DNA of 63,282 nt, the filler included, from Saprolegnia diclina VS20 (lineage: Eukaryota): assembly GCF_000281045.1 (NCBI RefSeq). It is 9 parts of 2 records of this genome, joined end to end, with 100 filler letters (N's around TTAATTAATTAA, not from the genome) between each part and the next. Parts side by side here need not be neighbours in the genome. Positions count along the whole stretch, not along the records: positions 31,407 to 44,590 come from NW_008246114.1; positions 44,691 to 53,505 come from NW_008246114.1; 7 more parts are not named here. The stretch is one strand, 5' to 3'. Position numbers and translations under genes: made by a program. Shown one piece after another: positions 36,291 through 47,807 of this stretch. How positions within the stretch are numbered: the first letter of the stretch is position 1; each line of letters begins with the position of its first letter. Under the pieces are notes generated by a model, which did no database searches, was not told the origin of the DNA, and worked only from the letters and a program-made list of their open reading frames with translations.

Positions 36291-38208
36291 ATGCAGCGAG
36301 TGTACGACCTGGTGGTCATGGGCGGCGGCAGCGGCGGTATCGCGTCCGCGCGCCGGGCAGCCACGTACGGCAAGAAGGTCCTCGTCGTCGAGCGCGGGCG
36401 CCTCGGCGGGACGTGCGTCAACGTCGGCTGCGTGCCCAAGAAGGTCATGTACGCGGCCGCCGACCTCGCCCACAGCATGCGGCACGACGCGCCGGCGTAT
36501 GGCTTTCCCGCAGTGCCCAACACGACGGTTGACTGGGCCACGCTCAAGCAGCGCCGCGATGCCTACGTCACGCGCCTCAACGGCATATATTCCCGGTGCG
36601 CCTCGCCGTGTCTGCTACGATCGCTCAAACTTGTACCTACATGTAGCAACCTCCAGGGCTCGGGCGTCGACTTTGCGCAGGGCCTGTGCAGCTTTGGCAG
36701 CGACGGACGCGTTCAGATTGATGCGACGCCGCTCGACGTATACGATGCAGCCATGCGATGCGATCTCGTGACGAATGGATATAGGCCGAGGCGACAAACG
36801 TGCTCGTGGCCGTCGGCGGCCAGCCCGTCATGCCCGACATTCCAGGCATCGAGCACTGCATTAGCTCGGATGGTTTCTTCGAACTCGACGAGCGCCCGGC
36901 CCGCGTCGCGGTTCGTACACGTCCTAGGAGATGACCCGACTCATGGATGATGCGTAGGTGGTGGGCGCCGGCTACATTGCCGTCGAGCTCGCCGGCGTGT
37001 TGCGCGGCTTGGGCTCGGACACGACGATCTTTTGTCGCCAACAAGGCGTCCTGCGCTCGTTCGACGTACGTCGATGCTCCCTTGCCGTGCTCTTGCCATC
37101 ATGCTACATGTCATTTAGGACATGCTGCAGGCGGTCCTCCACGACGCCTTCCAGCGCGATGGCATCACTTTGCAGCCGCACAGCACGATCGCGCGCGTCG
37201 ACAAGGTAGCTTGCTCGTCCTCATCGTAGCGTAGGTTCACGCGGCATGCGTAGGACCCGACGACGGGTAGTCTCAGCGTGACGACGACGGCGGGCGAGCA
37301 CCATAGCGGCTTTGACTGTGTGCTTGTGGCTACGGGCCGCACACCGATGACCAAGGGTCTGTATGAACATTCTCAACGTCTAACCTCACTCGAAACGTAG
37401 ACCTCGGCCTTGAACATCGCGGGATTCAACTGTCGCCCAACGGCTTCATTCCTGTCGACGCCTACCAAGCGACGAGTGCCCCCGGTGTCTTTGCGCTCGG
37501 CGACGTGGTCGATACGGTAGACTCTGTCATCCTGTGGTCAATAATGTCATATCTCACGGTTCTAGGCGGCGCTAACCCCGGTCGCCATTGCAGCGGGTGG
37601 ACACGACTCTCGTCAAGAGTTCATTCCCGCTAACATTGATGCATAGGCCGGCGCTTGGCCGATCGCCTCTTTGGTGGCCTCCATGACGCCAAGGCCGACT
37701 ACACCAACATTCCATCGGTAGTCTTTAGCCATCCTCCGATCGGTACACCCCAAGCACGTCGTATTCAGCGTGTTCAAACTTGTGTGTACTGTAGGTACGA
37801 TCGGTCTCACCGAGCAAGAAGCCCGCAAGGTCTACCGCGACGACGAGCTCAAGGTCTTTGTGCATATGATAAGGGCTAGGTGAAACCTGCGGGGTAGGTA
37901 TACAGCTCCAAGTTTGTCAACATGCACTACTCGTTGTACGAGCACGCGCACGAGAAGCCAACGACGGCCATGAAGCTCATCTGCGTCGGCCCCAGTGAGA
38001 AGATTGTCGGACTGCACGTCATTGGGCGCGGCGCCGACGAGATGCTGCAGGGGTTTGGTGTCGCCATCAAGGTAACCTTCAACTTGACGTTGGAGAATTC
38101 AAGGTCGATGCGTAGATGGGGGCGTGCAAGAAGGACCTGGACGCGTGCATTGCGATTCACCCGACGGCTGCCGAAGAGTTGGTGACGCTCGCGCCGTGGG
38201 GCTTGTAA
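36291..38208 (+). CDS. GSR: Glutathione-disulfide reductase (multi-exon)
   Basis: GGGSGG FAD motif, redox motif [26 protein letters not shown] motif, C-terminal IHPTAAEE. Confidence 0.95.
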
Positions 38209-38828
38209 ACACTGTAAAATTGGATTTTTCTGGGGATTTTTCTCGGATTTTTTGTTGAAAGTGCTGGAAATGCTTGGCAGAAGGAATGCTTCTGGCAGTC
38301 CCGTTCGATGGAAGCGGGGATGCAGCGCCATGAACAGAAGATGGGTATCCACGACGCGTAGCCTCCCCCTTGACCCATGACAACAAATATATATGGACCG
38401 ACGGCGGCGCCATTTTTGTTTGGCTCAGGCCCATTGTGACACATATGTGTAACTGGCTGGGCCGAAAAGAGCCTAATTTAAAAATCAAATAGTGTATGAT
38501 GCGTCATGGTATCGTCATCGTGTGCACGTCCATGCACGCGTGGTTCGTAGTCGCAACCTACGAGTCGTGCTCATCGACGGTATCCACGCGATGCGATTGC
38601 GTCATCGATCGAGCGCGTGTCCATGGCAAGGCTCTCAATGCTTGCCATCCTGAAGTGTCGCGATGCATCGGGATGTTTCATGCACACTATTTGCGTGCAT
38701 ATGTTGAAATTCGGATGTGAAACGAGGACGAGATTTTAAAATTCGGACATGGCCGGTTTGGCCAGCCGGAGAACGCGCAGTCGCCATTTTCATCAACTGC
38801 ATCTCCCGACCGCTCCATCCCCATCAGC

Positions 38829-39691
38829 ATGGCGACGCATGCGCAGTACGCAATGAGCGACGATGGCATGAGTGGCATCGGCAGTGGCGGCCGCTACACA
38901 GGTACATGGAGCCATCGTCTCGCACATGCTCACGTGCGCATGCAGCGGCGAACGCCAAGAAGCGGCTCGTGCGCAAGATCCAGCAGGACAGCTTGAAGCA
39001 GCTCGCGCTCTCGACGACGGCCGTCCTCGTGCGCGCGCCAACGAACCCGTACTACTCGTACCACATGACGATCACGTCCGAGTACTACAAGCAAAAGTGG
39101 ATCGTGTGCCACCGCTACTCGGAGTTCCATCGGCTCCGGAAGCGCATTCTCGACCAGCTCGAGATCCACATGAAGATGAGCTGCGCGTACTGCAAAGCGC
39201 TGCATGGCCAGATCGCCAAGTTTGACTTTCCTGGTCGTTCGAGCATCTTCAAGAAGGTCGAGGTCGCGGCGCAGGTCACTGCGCGCACAAGTGGCCTTGA
39301 AGACTTTGTCGTTGCGCTCGCCCAGTACCTCAGCGCCGAAGGCATCACGGTGCACTGCAAGAACATCCTCTCGATTCAAGTCATGGTACGCACCGCCGTC
39401 GCCACGTGGACGCTCAGTCTCTTGCTGCATTAGACAAAGGACTTTTTGCAGTTCCCGCTCGCCCACGAAGAGCAGCATATTCGCGCGATCAAGTCGCTCA
39501 CGTACGTCGACCCGCGCGACGTGCGCGTCGACACGGACTCGTGCCCGATCTGCCTCAACGACTGGGGCGAGCTCGACGGCAACCAGCTCGTGCTCTCGCT
39601 CTGCGGCCATTTCTTCCACGAGCACTGCATCAACGAGTGGTACACGACGCGGTTCGACTGCCCCATGTGCCGCCAAATCGCCGGCACCTAA
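38829..39691 (+). CDS. PX-domain + RING-H2 protein (two introns)
   Basis: PX motifs HRYSEFHRLRK, FP, R..GLE; RING-H2 CPIC...CGHFFHEHC...W...CPMC. Confidence 0.85.
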
Positions 39692-40445
39692 GCCCTCCAT
39701 GCGTCGACTGGCACTGGCCCTCGCGATCGCAGCGAAGAAGGCGCCAGTATCCTCTACATTTTGCTATCTAATACCACCGGAATATACAAGTCCGTTGTAC
39801 ATCCTCTTGAGCTATAGACTGTAGAGCTAGAAGATTTCATAGACACTATGAGCATCACAAACCCACGAGGCAACTTCGCGTTGCAAGGCGCAAGCGCTAG
39901 AGTTGCCTACGGGCTGTGATTATCTTGGCGAAAGTGGACTCAGCCTGTTCCTAGCGAGAACAACAGAATCGCCCGCGAGAACGGCATGTACTCAGGTAGC
40001 AAGCAACGTGTTGTGGGCGTGGGCGATACGAGCCGCTTGTGCACTGGCGCGCCGACCCGCGAGGGCCGCTGGACCTGGCAATGTGCATGGACTGTCACAT
40101 GCCACTGTGTGTGATCCAGCCCCTGTTCCCTTGGCCTCGCCGAGCGTGGCGGCGGTTGCTCGGCGCAATGGTGTCAGTCATGGGCGGCTACCGGTCGCTC
40201 TGTGCTACTCGGGCTTGGTCGGCTACTACATGTACTGCCCAGCTCGAGTGAGCTGGTCGAGCGCAATCATCAGCATCAACATGGCTGCCAGGATGACGTA
40301 AACGGCCGTTTTGTATCTTGACTAGCAGCCAATCAGAGACCGGCATTTCCAGTTCATTGCCAGCAACTACGCAAACCTTGCGCAAACTTCAAGCATCTTG
40401 GCGCGGCCTGTAGTCGGTCGTCGCCAGTCGCCGATTCGGTTTACG

Positions 40446-41645
40446 ATGCACAAGCAGGTCGTGAGCGCTGCGTGCACGCTGCTATTGGCGCTGCTGCTCT
40501 GGCCGCGGTCGGCGCCGTACGCCAAGACGACGACGTTGCACTTTCCCGCGCACGCGCCACTCGCCGCCGCGCCGCCGATGGCCGCGTACGCTGGCGGCCG
40601 CTACACCTTTGGTCGGTGGAAGCATGCGATTGCTGACGTTGGCTTCCACAGCCACGATCCCGCGAGCGACGTTCTGGATGCACTCACCTCCAGCTTCCAG
40701 ACCAAACTCTGGCACTACACGAGCGTCGACACACCTCGCTTCTTTCTCGGGTTTGCGTTTGTCCAGCTCCAGTACGTCTCGGACGTCTTCTTGTACCTGG
40801 TTGACAAGGCGAGTATGGAGAAGCACGAGTACACAGCGCGCCGTCCGGGCACTGTCGGCCTTGCGTTCGCTGCGTCGTCGATCGATGCGCACCAGTGCAC
40901 GGTGTTCTCTGCCTCGACAGTGCTCGAAACCAACGAGACGATTGAAGCGTGCTACGTTGGGGGTGCGTGGCAGCTCCGCGCCAACGTACCGCTGACCAGT
41001 GCCAACGGGTCGACCACACGGCTTGACATGGAGATGGCCCTTCAGCGCGACGAAGCTCTCACGCTGCTGTACCCGCTGGCTGACGACCCAAGGCGGCCAG
41101 CGTATGTACACAAGGGCGCCGGCAGCGCCGCAACCGGTCACCTCCAGTTTGGCGCGAGTCACATGCCGCTTACGCGCGGACTCGGCGCGATCGACTGGAC
41201 CAAGAGCATGGCGCTGCGTGAGACGACGTGGCATTGGGCGTCCGCTAGCTTCTTTGACGACGACGGCACCGCGATCGGCATCAACTTGAGCCAGCACGTG
41301 TACGACGTCGATGGCGCGTCCCAGGAGAATGCCATCTGGGTCGACGGCCGTGTGTGTGCGCTGCGCGGTGTCCAGTTTCAGATTCCAGATCTGGATCCGG
41401 TCAAATCCAACTGGCGCATCACATCGATCGCGCCGACGTCCCAAGACAATGTGACGCTCGTGTTTACGCCGGCCGGGGCACGCCGCGACGACGCCGGCGT
41501 GCCATACCTCTTGCACTCGCGCTTCGTGCAGCCGTACGGCACCTTTTCAGGACGCATTGTCTGCGCAACGGACGACAATATTGTACACGATATCACCGTG
41601 GACAGTGCGTTTGGCGTCGTCGAAGATCACTTTGCGCTCTGGTAA
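40446..41645 (+). CDS. DUF2804-like beta-rich protein with N-terminal signal/anchor
   Basis: K.WHY, DWTK...RETTWHWAS, GINL, ENAIWVDG, W.I, FVQPYGTFSG, GVVEDH.A.W motifs; hydrophobic N-terminus; intronless. Confidence 0.7.
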   Translation: MHKQVVSAACTLLLALLLWPRSAPYAKTTTLHFPAHAPLAAAPPMAAYAGGRYTFGRWKHAIADVGFHSHDPASDVLDALTSSFQTKLWHYTSVDTPRFFLGFAFVQLQYVSDVFLYLVDKASMEKHEYTARRPGTVGLAFAASSIDAHQCTVFSASTVLETNETIEACYVGGAWQLRANVPLTSANGSTTRLDMEMALQRDEALTLLYPLADDPRRPAYVHKGAGSAATGHLQFGASHMPLTRGLGAIDWTKSMALRETTWHWASASFFDDDGTAIGINLSQHVYDVDGASQENAIWVDGRVCALRGVQFQIPDLDPVKSNWRITSIAPTSQDNVTLVFTPAGARRDDAGVPYLLHSRFVQPYGTFSGRIVCATDDNIVHDITVDSAFGVVEDHFALW

Positions 41646-43208
41646 CGTCGTCGCTCGTAGTTTCGTCTCGTCAATTGTGTGTATTTTCTATTTGCTCTAT
41701 TTGTTCCAAGTGTTGTGAGCATCCAGTACGTAGTGGTTTGGCGCCAAGTCAACCGCTAGTGTACATTGTAACTGGTTTCCATTACATAGACTGGGGTAGA
41801 GCCTACGAGCACTCTCCGTTGACGCTTTCGCTCACTCAGTGGGTCGTGATGGCACAGCGGTTCATTTTGCACGTTTGTGAATGCAGCGACGATGCGCTCC
41901 AGAGTTATTCTAGTGTCTTGAGAATGCTGTGTTGACTTGGAGTAGGAGGGCCATCGCAATGTACGACGAACGGTCGCATCAGCTTCAAAATCAGTCGGTC
42001 GCCTAGATACGTTGATACGTTATCGAGGTCGTAAGCGCGATCGTGTACGCTGGAACCAGTGATAAGAAGCCTGTGCCGTGAAGCACAGCAGGTCTGTTCT
42101 GTGATGACGTAAGAGCAGCGCAATGATTTTATGTTCGGGAAACGACTCAGCGACAACGTGAGCCCTCATATGCACCGTGAGGACACCAATGTGACCAAGC
42201 AAGGCTTGTAGCTCACTGAGTAGGTGCCGTATTAAGTCTCTAGGGAATGAATCGAGGGTCCGTCGTGTAGTTTGTTGCACGACGATTGCTCGTCATTTGG
42301 GCTTCGTTGTGCAGCTCGTTGGACGACGATGCGAGTGTAATGGCCGCACTGTGTCCTGCGACGTCGGTGCGTGCAGCAAGAACGATATTGCACAGGTGAC
42401 GACGGGCAAGACCAATGACAACCTTTATGGCATTCTTGTTTGCTTTTAACAGCGAGACGTAGGAACCTTAGCGCCCGACCCAAGCACCCACGTCCTTTGC
42501 AAGCACTCTTGCGTGGTACTCGCAGTAGGACACAAGGTCGTTGGACACAACGTGACAGATACGACAGTGCCTTTGAATCGACCCGTCCCCCTACCTGATG
42601 CGACGGGGGGAGAGCCAGAAAAGAGGCCGCGATGGATGCGTCGCGGTGATAAGCTCCGTCCGTCGCAACAACGTTCTTGGATTGCGCGGCGAAGTACTAT
42701 GTTGCATCTTGTTCGCGCTTGGCCTCGTCGTCGGCTACGCTATGGGTACTGTAAAATGCACGAAAATGAAAACCTCACACCGGCGTTTGATTGTTGAGAT
42801 ACCACACACATACGTTCTGTTCTTTTCAAAGAGACCCCATCTGCTGACCCACGTCGGTAACAGAGCTACTACCTCATGATTAGAGAGACGCTGCGGGAAC
42901 GCTCGTGCACGCCTCTCCTAGAGGACTCTCGGCAGCAGGTCGGCTTCAAGCGGCGGCAACACGGTGCACGCTCGGTGTTGCAAGTGCGAGGTTCGTAGGT
43001 ATCGCAGTGCGAGTTTGCTCGAGAATACCACCGGCGCCACATCAAGCCTTCCATTCCGACGGGCCCACCCCCCCTCAATTGCTCAAGGTCGCAAGTGTCG
43101 CGGTGGGATTGAGCCTTGGTATGCAGCCCTAGCCCTGTGCCCGCGACACGCAGGGCGGACGAAATTTAGAAGCGCGCGTCTGATTGGTGCTTCGAAAATC
43201 CGGCTGTT

Positions 43209-43225
43209 TCACTTTGCACATTTTG
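43209..43225 (+). promoter_or_regulatory. Putative Inr+FPR core promoter of the second GH5 gene
   Basis: TCACTTTGCACATTTTG ~110 nt upstream of the ATG. Confidence 0.5.
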
Positions 43226-43335
43226 AAAAAACCAACTTGGTGTTTGTATGGACAGAGCGGCACCGAGCAAAATGCAACCGGACAGGATACGCCGCAGGGA
43301 CGGCGCCATGTTCACATTTTGAGATTACGTCCGAG

Positions 43336-44590
43336 ATGGACCGACCCAGCCAGCTGTACGACGACAACACCGACGGCGTCCGCGGCAACAGCTTTGCGTA
43401 CAGCGCGCCGACCCGCCACTCGTCGTCGTCGCACCACGGCGGGGGCACGCGCGCGTCGCTCATCGAGCGCAACATCATTGCCGCCCCGCTCGATCCGCGC
43501 GCTGCCGAGAACACGATGCGGTCGCCCCACAAGGCCTACAAGGGCCGACTCCGGGTATTGTATATATTTTTCTTCTTCGTTGAGAGTAGTGTCTAACCAC
43601 ATGGGCTAGAGGTGGCCGGGTGTCCTCTTGCTCGTTATGATTGTCGGCGGCGCGATCGCAGCGATCGCATACTTTAGCGTCTCGAAAGGCCAGGAAGCCC
43701 ACGACCGAGCCTTTGCGGTACAGAAGCGACTGGCGAAGGAGCGGGCGATTGCCGACGGGTTGACGAGTGGGTCGGACGAAGTCGACGTGGACGACGACGG
43801 CCAAGTCAACAACCCCAAAGTGTACCCGCAGAGCTCGTGCCAGCAGCCCGACTACCAGAGCAAGAACGGCAAAATCTACGCGGTCGCCAAGAATGGCACG
43901 GAAGTCTCGTTCCAGATCAAGGGTGTCAACTGGTTTGGCATGGAGACGTACGCCCTTCACATCTGGTACTCTGAATGCCCACATTCATTCTAGTGGCCTT
44001 CGCTCCCCGTTTGGGCTCTGGGACAACGAGCAGAACGGGACCACTGTCGTACGTACTCCATATCTTCGCAACCCACAAATCTCACAACAATGATTCTAGT
44101 ATGCGATTGCGCAATTTCTGGCCAAAAACAAATTCAACTCGGTGCGCATCCCGCTCTGTGTCGAGAGCATCTTGAACAACAAGGCGCCCCAGCTCTCGAT
44201 CATCAACCGCGTCACCAACCGCGCGCTGGATCTCACGTCGTACCTTGGGCTTCTCGGGTCTATTGTCGAGTCCCTTGCCTACCGCCAGATCTCCGTCATG
44301 ATTTCCATGCACACGCTCGACTTGATGAACACTGGCGGGTCGCTCTGGTACGGCAAGTCGTTGACGGAGGACGAGTTCCTCAAGGCCATCGACATGCTCA
44401 CGGCCGCGCTTTGCTCTGACAAGCACTGGAACATCCTCGGCATTGACGTCAAGAACGAGCCGTGGGAAGGCACGTGGGGCACCGGCACCAAGAAAGACTT
44501 CAAGCTCGGCGCCGAGCTCATTGGCGCGCGCATTCTCAAGGGCTGTCCGAAGTGGCTCGTCTTTGTCGAAGGCGTCAACGCCCAGCACAC
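43336..44590 (+). CDS. GH5 endoglucanase paralog with cytoplasmic N-terminus and transmembrane anchor (3' end truncated)
   Basis: MDRPSQLY start; TM segment LLLVMIVGGAIAAIAYF; KGVNWFGME, DVKNEP, FVEG; same intron positions as 31407-32718. Confidence 0.92.
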
Positions 44591-44744
44591 NNNNNNNNNN
44601 NNNNNNNNNNNNNNNNNNNNNNNNNNNNNNNNNNTTAATTAATTAANNNNNNNNNNNNNNNNNNNNNNNNNNNNNNNNNNNNNNNNNNNNCAGGGGCAGG
44701 GCGTGGGTCGGAGCAGCGTGCTGCGCGTGGATGGCCAGCTGGCT

Positions 44745-44810
44745 GCCATGTACCGTGCTCGTCTCGATGTTGTCGCCATGTACCGTGCTCGTCTCGGTGT
44801 TGTCGCCATG
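44745..44810. repeat. 30-bp tandem duplication (2.2 copies), possibly inside the 5' end of a truncated minus-strand gene
   Basis: GCCATGTACCGTGCTCGTCTCG(A/G)TGTTGTC x2; minus frame reads MNHGDNTETSTVHGDNIETSTV. Confidence 0.7.
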
Positions 44811-44949
44811 ATTCATCGCCTCGGCGCGCCTGCGATGGGCAAGGGCCGCGGTCCTGGTCGGTCGCCGTGCCCCGGCTTCGCCCCGGCAAAGAAGAAATAT
44901 TTCTGAAAAACATGGCGAAATCGAAATTTAGGACGCAGCAACGGTCAAG

Positions 44950-47091
44950 ATGCGCTCGTCGTACGAGACCATCCAGCGCAAGCGGCGCCGGACGTTCCAG
45001 GCGTCGCCGAGCGCAACCCGCGTGCTCCTCGACCTGGGGCTCATGAGCTTCGTCGCCGACTACCAGGATGGCATCTACCTCTGCTTGCGCCCGTACTTTC
45101 TTGGGCACAAGGTGCTACCGGGCCGGCTCGACGCGGTCCTTGGCGACAACATGATGGCGCTCCTCTACGTGAGCAACCGGCGCGCACGCGTGTGGCTCAA
45201 CGTGCTCGCCGAGCACGACCTGGAGCTCGTCAAGCGGCTCGTGCGCTGCAAGGAGCTCGCGGCGCCCTTGCGGCTCTCGGACGCGCCGCACGGGACGCTC
45301 TCGTCGCGCGAGCTGCTCGACATTGCGTCCGAGGTCGGCGACGTCCCCATCATGACATACCTCCACGACCAAGGCATGGGCTGCACGTCGTTTGCGATGG
45401 ACCGCGCCGCGGCCAATGGGCATCTCGACGCGCTCACGTTCTTGCACCACACGCAAGCCGCGCTTCCGTCCGACGACGTCTTGTACACGATGGTCCGCGC
45501 GCTCTCACGCTGTAGCTGCAGCCGCGACCACAACGTCGGGCAGTTTGCATGCATGCGGTACCTCATCGAAGCGGCCATTGTCACGCCAAACGCCGCCATC
45601 CGCCACGGCGACGAAGTCATGCTCTCGCTCATCCAGCTCGGGCGCGTCGACATGGTGCGTCTCTTCCACGAACATGGCTTTACGCAGCTCTTTCGGTCGG
45701 GCGCGCTGGACGCGGCCGCAAGCCGCGGTGACCTCGCCATGGTCACCTTTCTCCATGCGCATCGACCCGAGCGCGCGACCACCGCGGCCATGGACCTCGC
45801 AGCGACGCATGGGCATCTGGACGTCGTGCGCTTTCTACAGACACAGCGCGACGAAGGCTGCACGCCGCGCGCACTTACGGCCGCGACCACGGGCGGGCAT
45901 TTCGAGGTCGTCGCGTACCTCCATGCGAATCGCCCCGAGCGCTGGCTCCACCCCGAGACCATCGACGCGCTCGCCGCGCATGGCGACCTGCCAATGCTGC
46001 AGTTTGTCCTCGCCAACGACGAGGCGAATGCAGTTGTGACCAAGCAAGCACTCAGCGCCGCGATATGCCGTGGCCACGTCGCAATGGTCGCGTGTCTCCA
46101 TACCGCGCGACCGACGTTGGCCGCCCGGCGCATGGCGGTCGTCGACGCCCTCGACCAAGGGCACTTGGGTGTCGTCGAGTACGTATTACTGCACCTTCCG
46201 GAAGGCCGCACGAGTCGGCTCTTGGCCGGGCTCGTCCGCGGCGGCCATGCGACTCTGGTCCAATCGTTTGTAGAAGTGCAAAGTGACGCAGTGAGCACGG
46301 CGACGCTCTGGGACGCGCTCGCGTCGAACGATCGCGTCACGATGACATACCTCTTTACGCGCTTTCTGCATCTCTCGACAGCGTACCTTGTCAACCGCAT
46401 CGTCCAGCGCAACGACAAGGCGCTGCTGGACCTCCACGTCAAGAACGCGCCGGAGCTCATTACGTCGTCGGCACTGCACATTGCGGCCAAGCACGGCTTC
46501 TTGCGGCTTCTCCAGTACCTTCCCGAAGGCACGCATCGGGCGATGGACTTGGCCGCCGAGCACGGCCATCTCCGCGTCGTCAAGTACCTGCATACGCATC
46601 GAGACGACGGCTGCTCGACGTATGCCATGGACAAAGCCGCCGAGCATGGCCACCTCTCGACCGTGAAGTTCCTTCATGCGCACCGGGACGAGGGCTGTAC
46701 GTCGCATGCGCTCTCGCTCGCCGTACGCAACAACCATCTCAAGGTCGCATCGTTCCTCCTCAAGCACCGAACGGAAGGTTGTGTGCTGCATGCACTGACG
46801 TCGGCGTGTCAGCGCCATCTCTTTCCATTGGCCAACATGTTGCGCCAGCATCCCATTGGTCCGTGCTGCTGCGTCTCGAGTCCGTACGAGGGCACGGCCC
46901 TGCGGGAAGAGCGCGAGTGGTTTACGGGCATGGTGAACCGTGACGCGCCATGGTACCCGTCGGACGATGGTGACAGTGATGGGGCCAGTGACGAGGGCGA
47001 TGACACGGCGTTCGACTCGGACAGCGACGACGACTCGGACGGCGGCTTCCCGTACGACCCGTTCCACCGGATGCTCGGCTGGTTTATGTAG
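44950..47091 (+). CDS. Ankyrin-repeat protein with acidic C-terminal tail
   Basis: Repeats AMD.AA.HGHL.VV.(F/Y)LH..R.EGC; YQDG N-terminal motif shared with the other ANK genes; D/E-rich tail. Confidence 0.9.
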   Translation: MRSSYETIQRKRRRTFQASPSATRVLLDLGLMSFVADYQDGIYLCLRPYFLGHKVLPGRLDAVLGDNMMALLYVSNRRARVWLNVLAEHDLELVKRLVRCKELAAPLRLSDAPHGTLSSRELLDIASEVGDVPIMTYLHDQGMGCTSFAMDRAAANGHLDALTFLHHTQAALPSDDVLYTMVRALSRCSCSRDHNVGQFACMRYLIEAAIVTPNAAIRHGDEVMLSLIQLGRVDMVRLFHEHGFTQLFRSGALDAAASRGDLAMVTFLHAHRPERATTAAMDLAATHGHLDVVRFLQTQRDEGCTPRALTAATTGGHFEVVAYLHANRPERWLHPETIDALAAHGDLPMLQFVLANDEANAVVTKQALSAAICRGHVAMVACLHTARPTLAARRMAVVDALDQGHLGVVEYVLLHLPEGRTSRLLAGLVRGGHATLVQSFVEVQSDAVSTATLWDALASNDRVTMTYLFTRFLHLSTAYLVNRIVQRNDKALLDLHVKNAPELITSSALHIAAKHGFLRLLQYLPEGTHRAMDLAAEHGHLRVVKYLHTHRDDGCSTYAMDKAAEHGHLSTVKFLHAHRDEGCTSHALSLAVRNNHLKVASFLLKHRTEGCVLHALTSACQRHLFPLANMLRQHPIGPCCCVSSPYEGTALREEREWFTGMVNRDAPWYPSDDGDSDGASDEGDDTAFDSDSDDDSDGGFPYDPFHRMLGWFM

Positions 47092-47807
47092 CCTTTCTGG
47101 CGCACACGCGGCGATCTCGTGTGGGCGGTTCTATGACAATGTGCGTGGCTAACAAGCGTGGATACTTGGATACTTGGATACTTGGATTGTGCGCAATGTG
47201 CATTGTATTTTTCACGGCCGACCGCTCGCTACATGGTGCGCGCCGCCAGCCAGCCGAGTGGTGGCCGCTTCGACGGTGCAGTGTGTCAAGTAATCGAGAG
47301 ACATGCGACGGACAATGCTGCTTCTGGCTCAATGCCGTAGCAGTGCGCCGATGGTAAAACTGTCCTTGTCCACTGCCTATTACAGATGCGATGGACCCTA
47401 CCCCTCACGTCACCGCGCCACCGTGACCTCTGCCTTGACCTGGCGACACCAAAGCGTCTCGCAGTCGGCTCGCTTCCCGAGTTGCTGCATGGTCTCGATC
47501 ATGCGGCTCTGTCGATCTTCTTGTTTGCAACGTCGTTTGTCGGTGAATGAAGCTTGTTCGGAATCGAATGTCGCATCAAGCACGCAACGGCTTCTACTAT
47601 CATCCTCTCTCCCCAAACGTTTCAACTCGTTCAAATATCAAGTCATTGCGTTAACTAACAGCGTGTCCTTCTTCGGCCATCTGCCCGAGCTCCAACACCC
47701 TCCGTATCGAAAATTCCTCCACTTGCGGTTCCGGATCGCTGCATGCTCGATTCGGTCGCCATATCATCGTTGCTGACAATAGGGAATCAAAATCGTACAT
47801 ATTAGGT

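Noticed and set aside
41760..43200. Scattered short ORFs that look like decayed coding sequence
   Set aside because: No motif could be assigned
47158..47187. (GGATACTT)3 repeat, with a similar reverse-complement run near 7698-7720
   Set aside because: Short simple repeats with no further supporting structure
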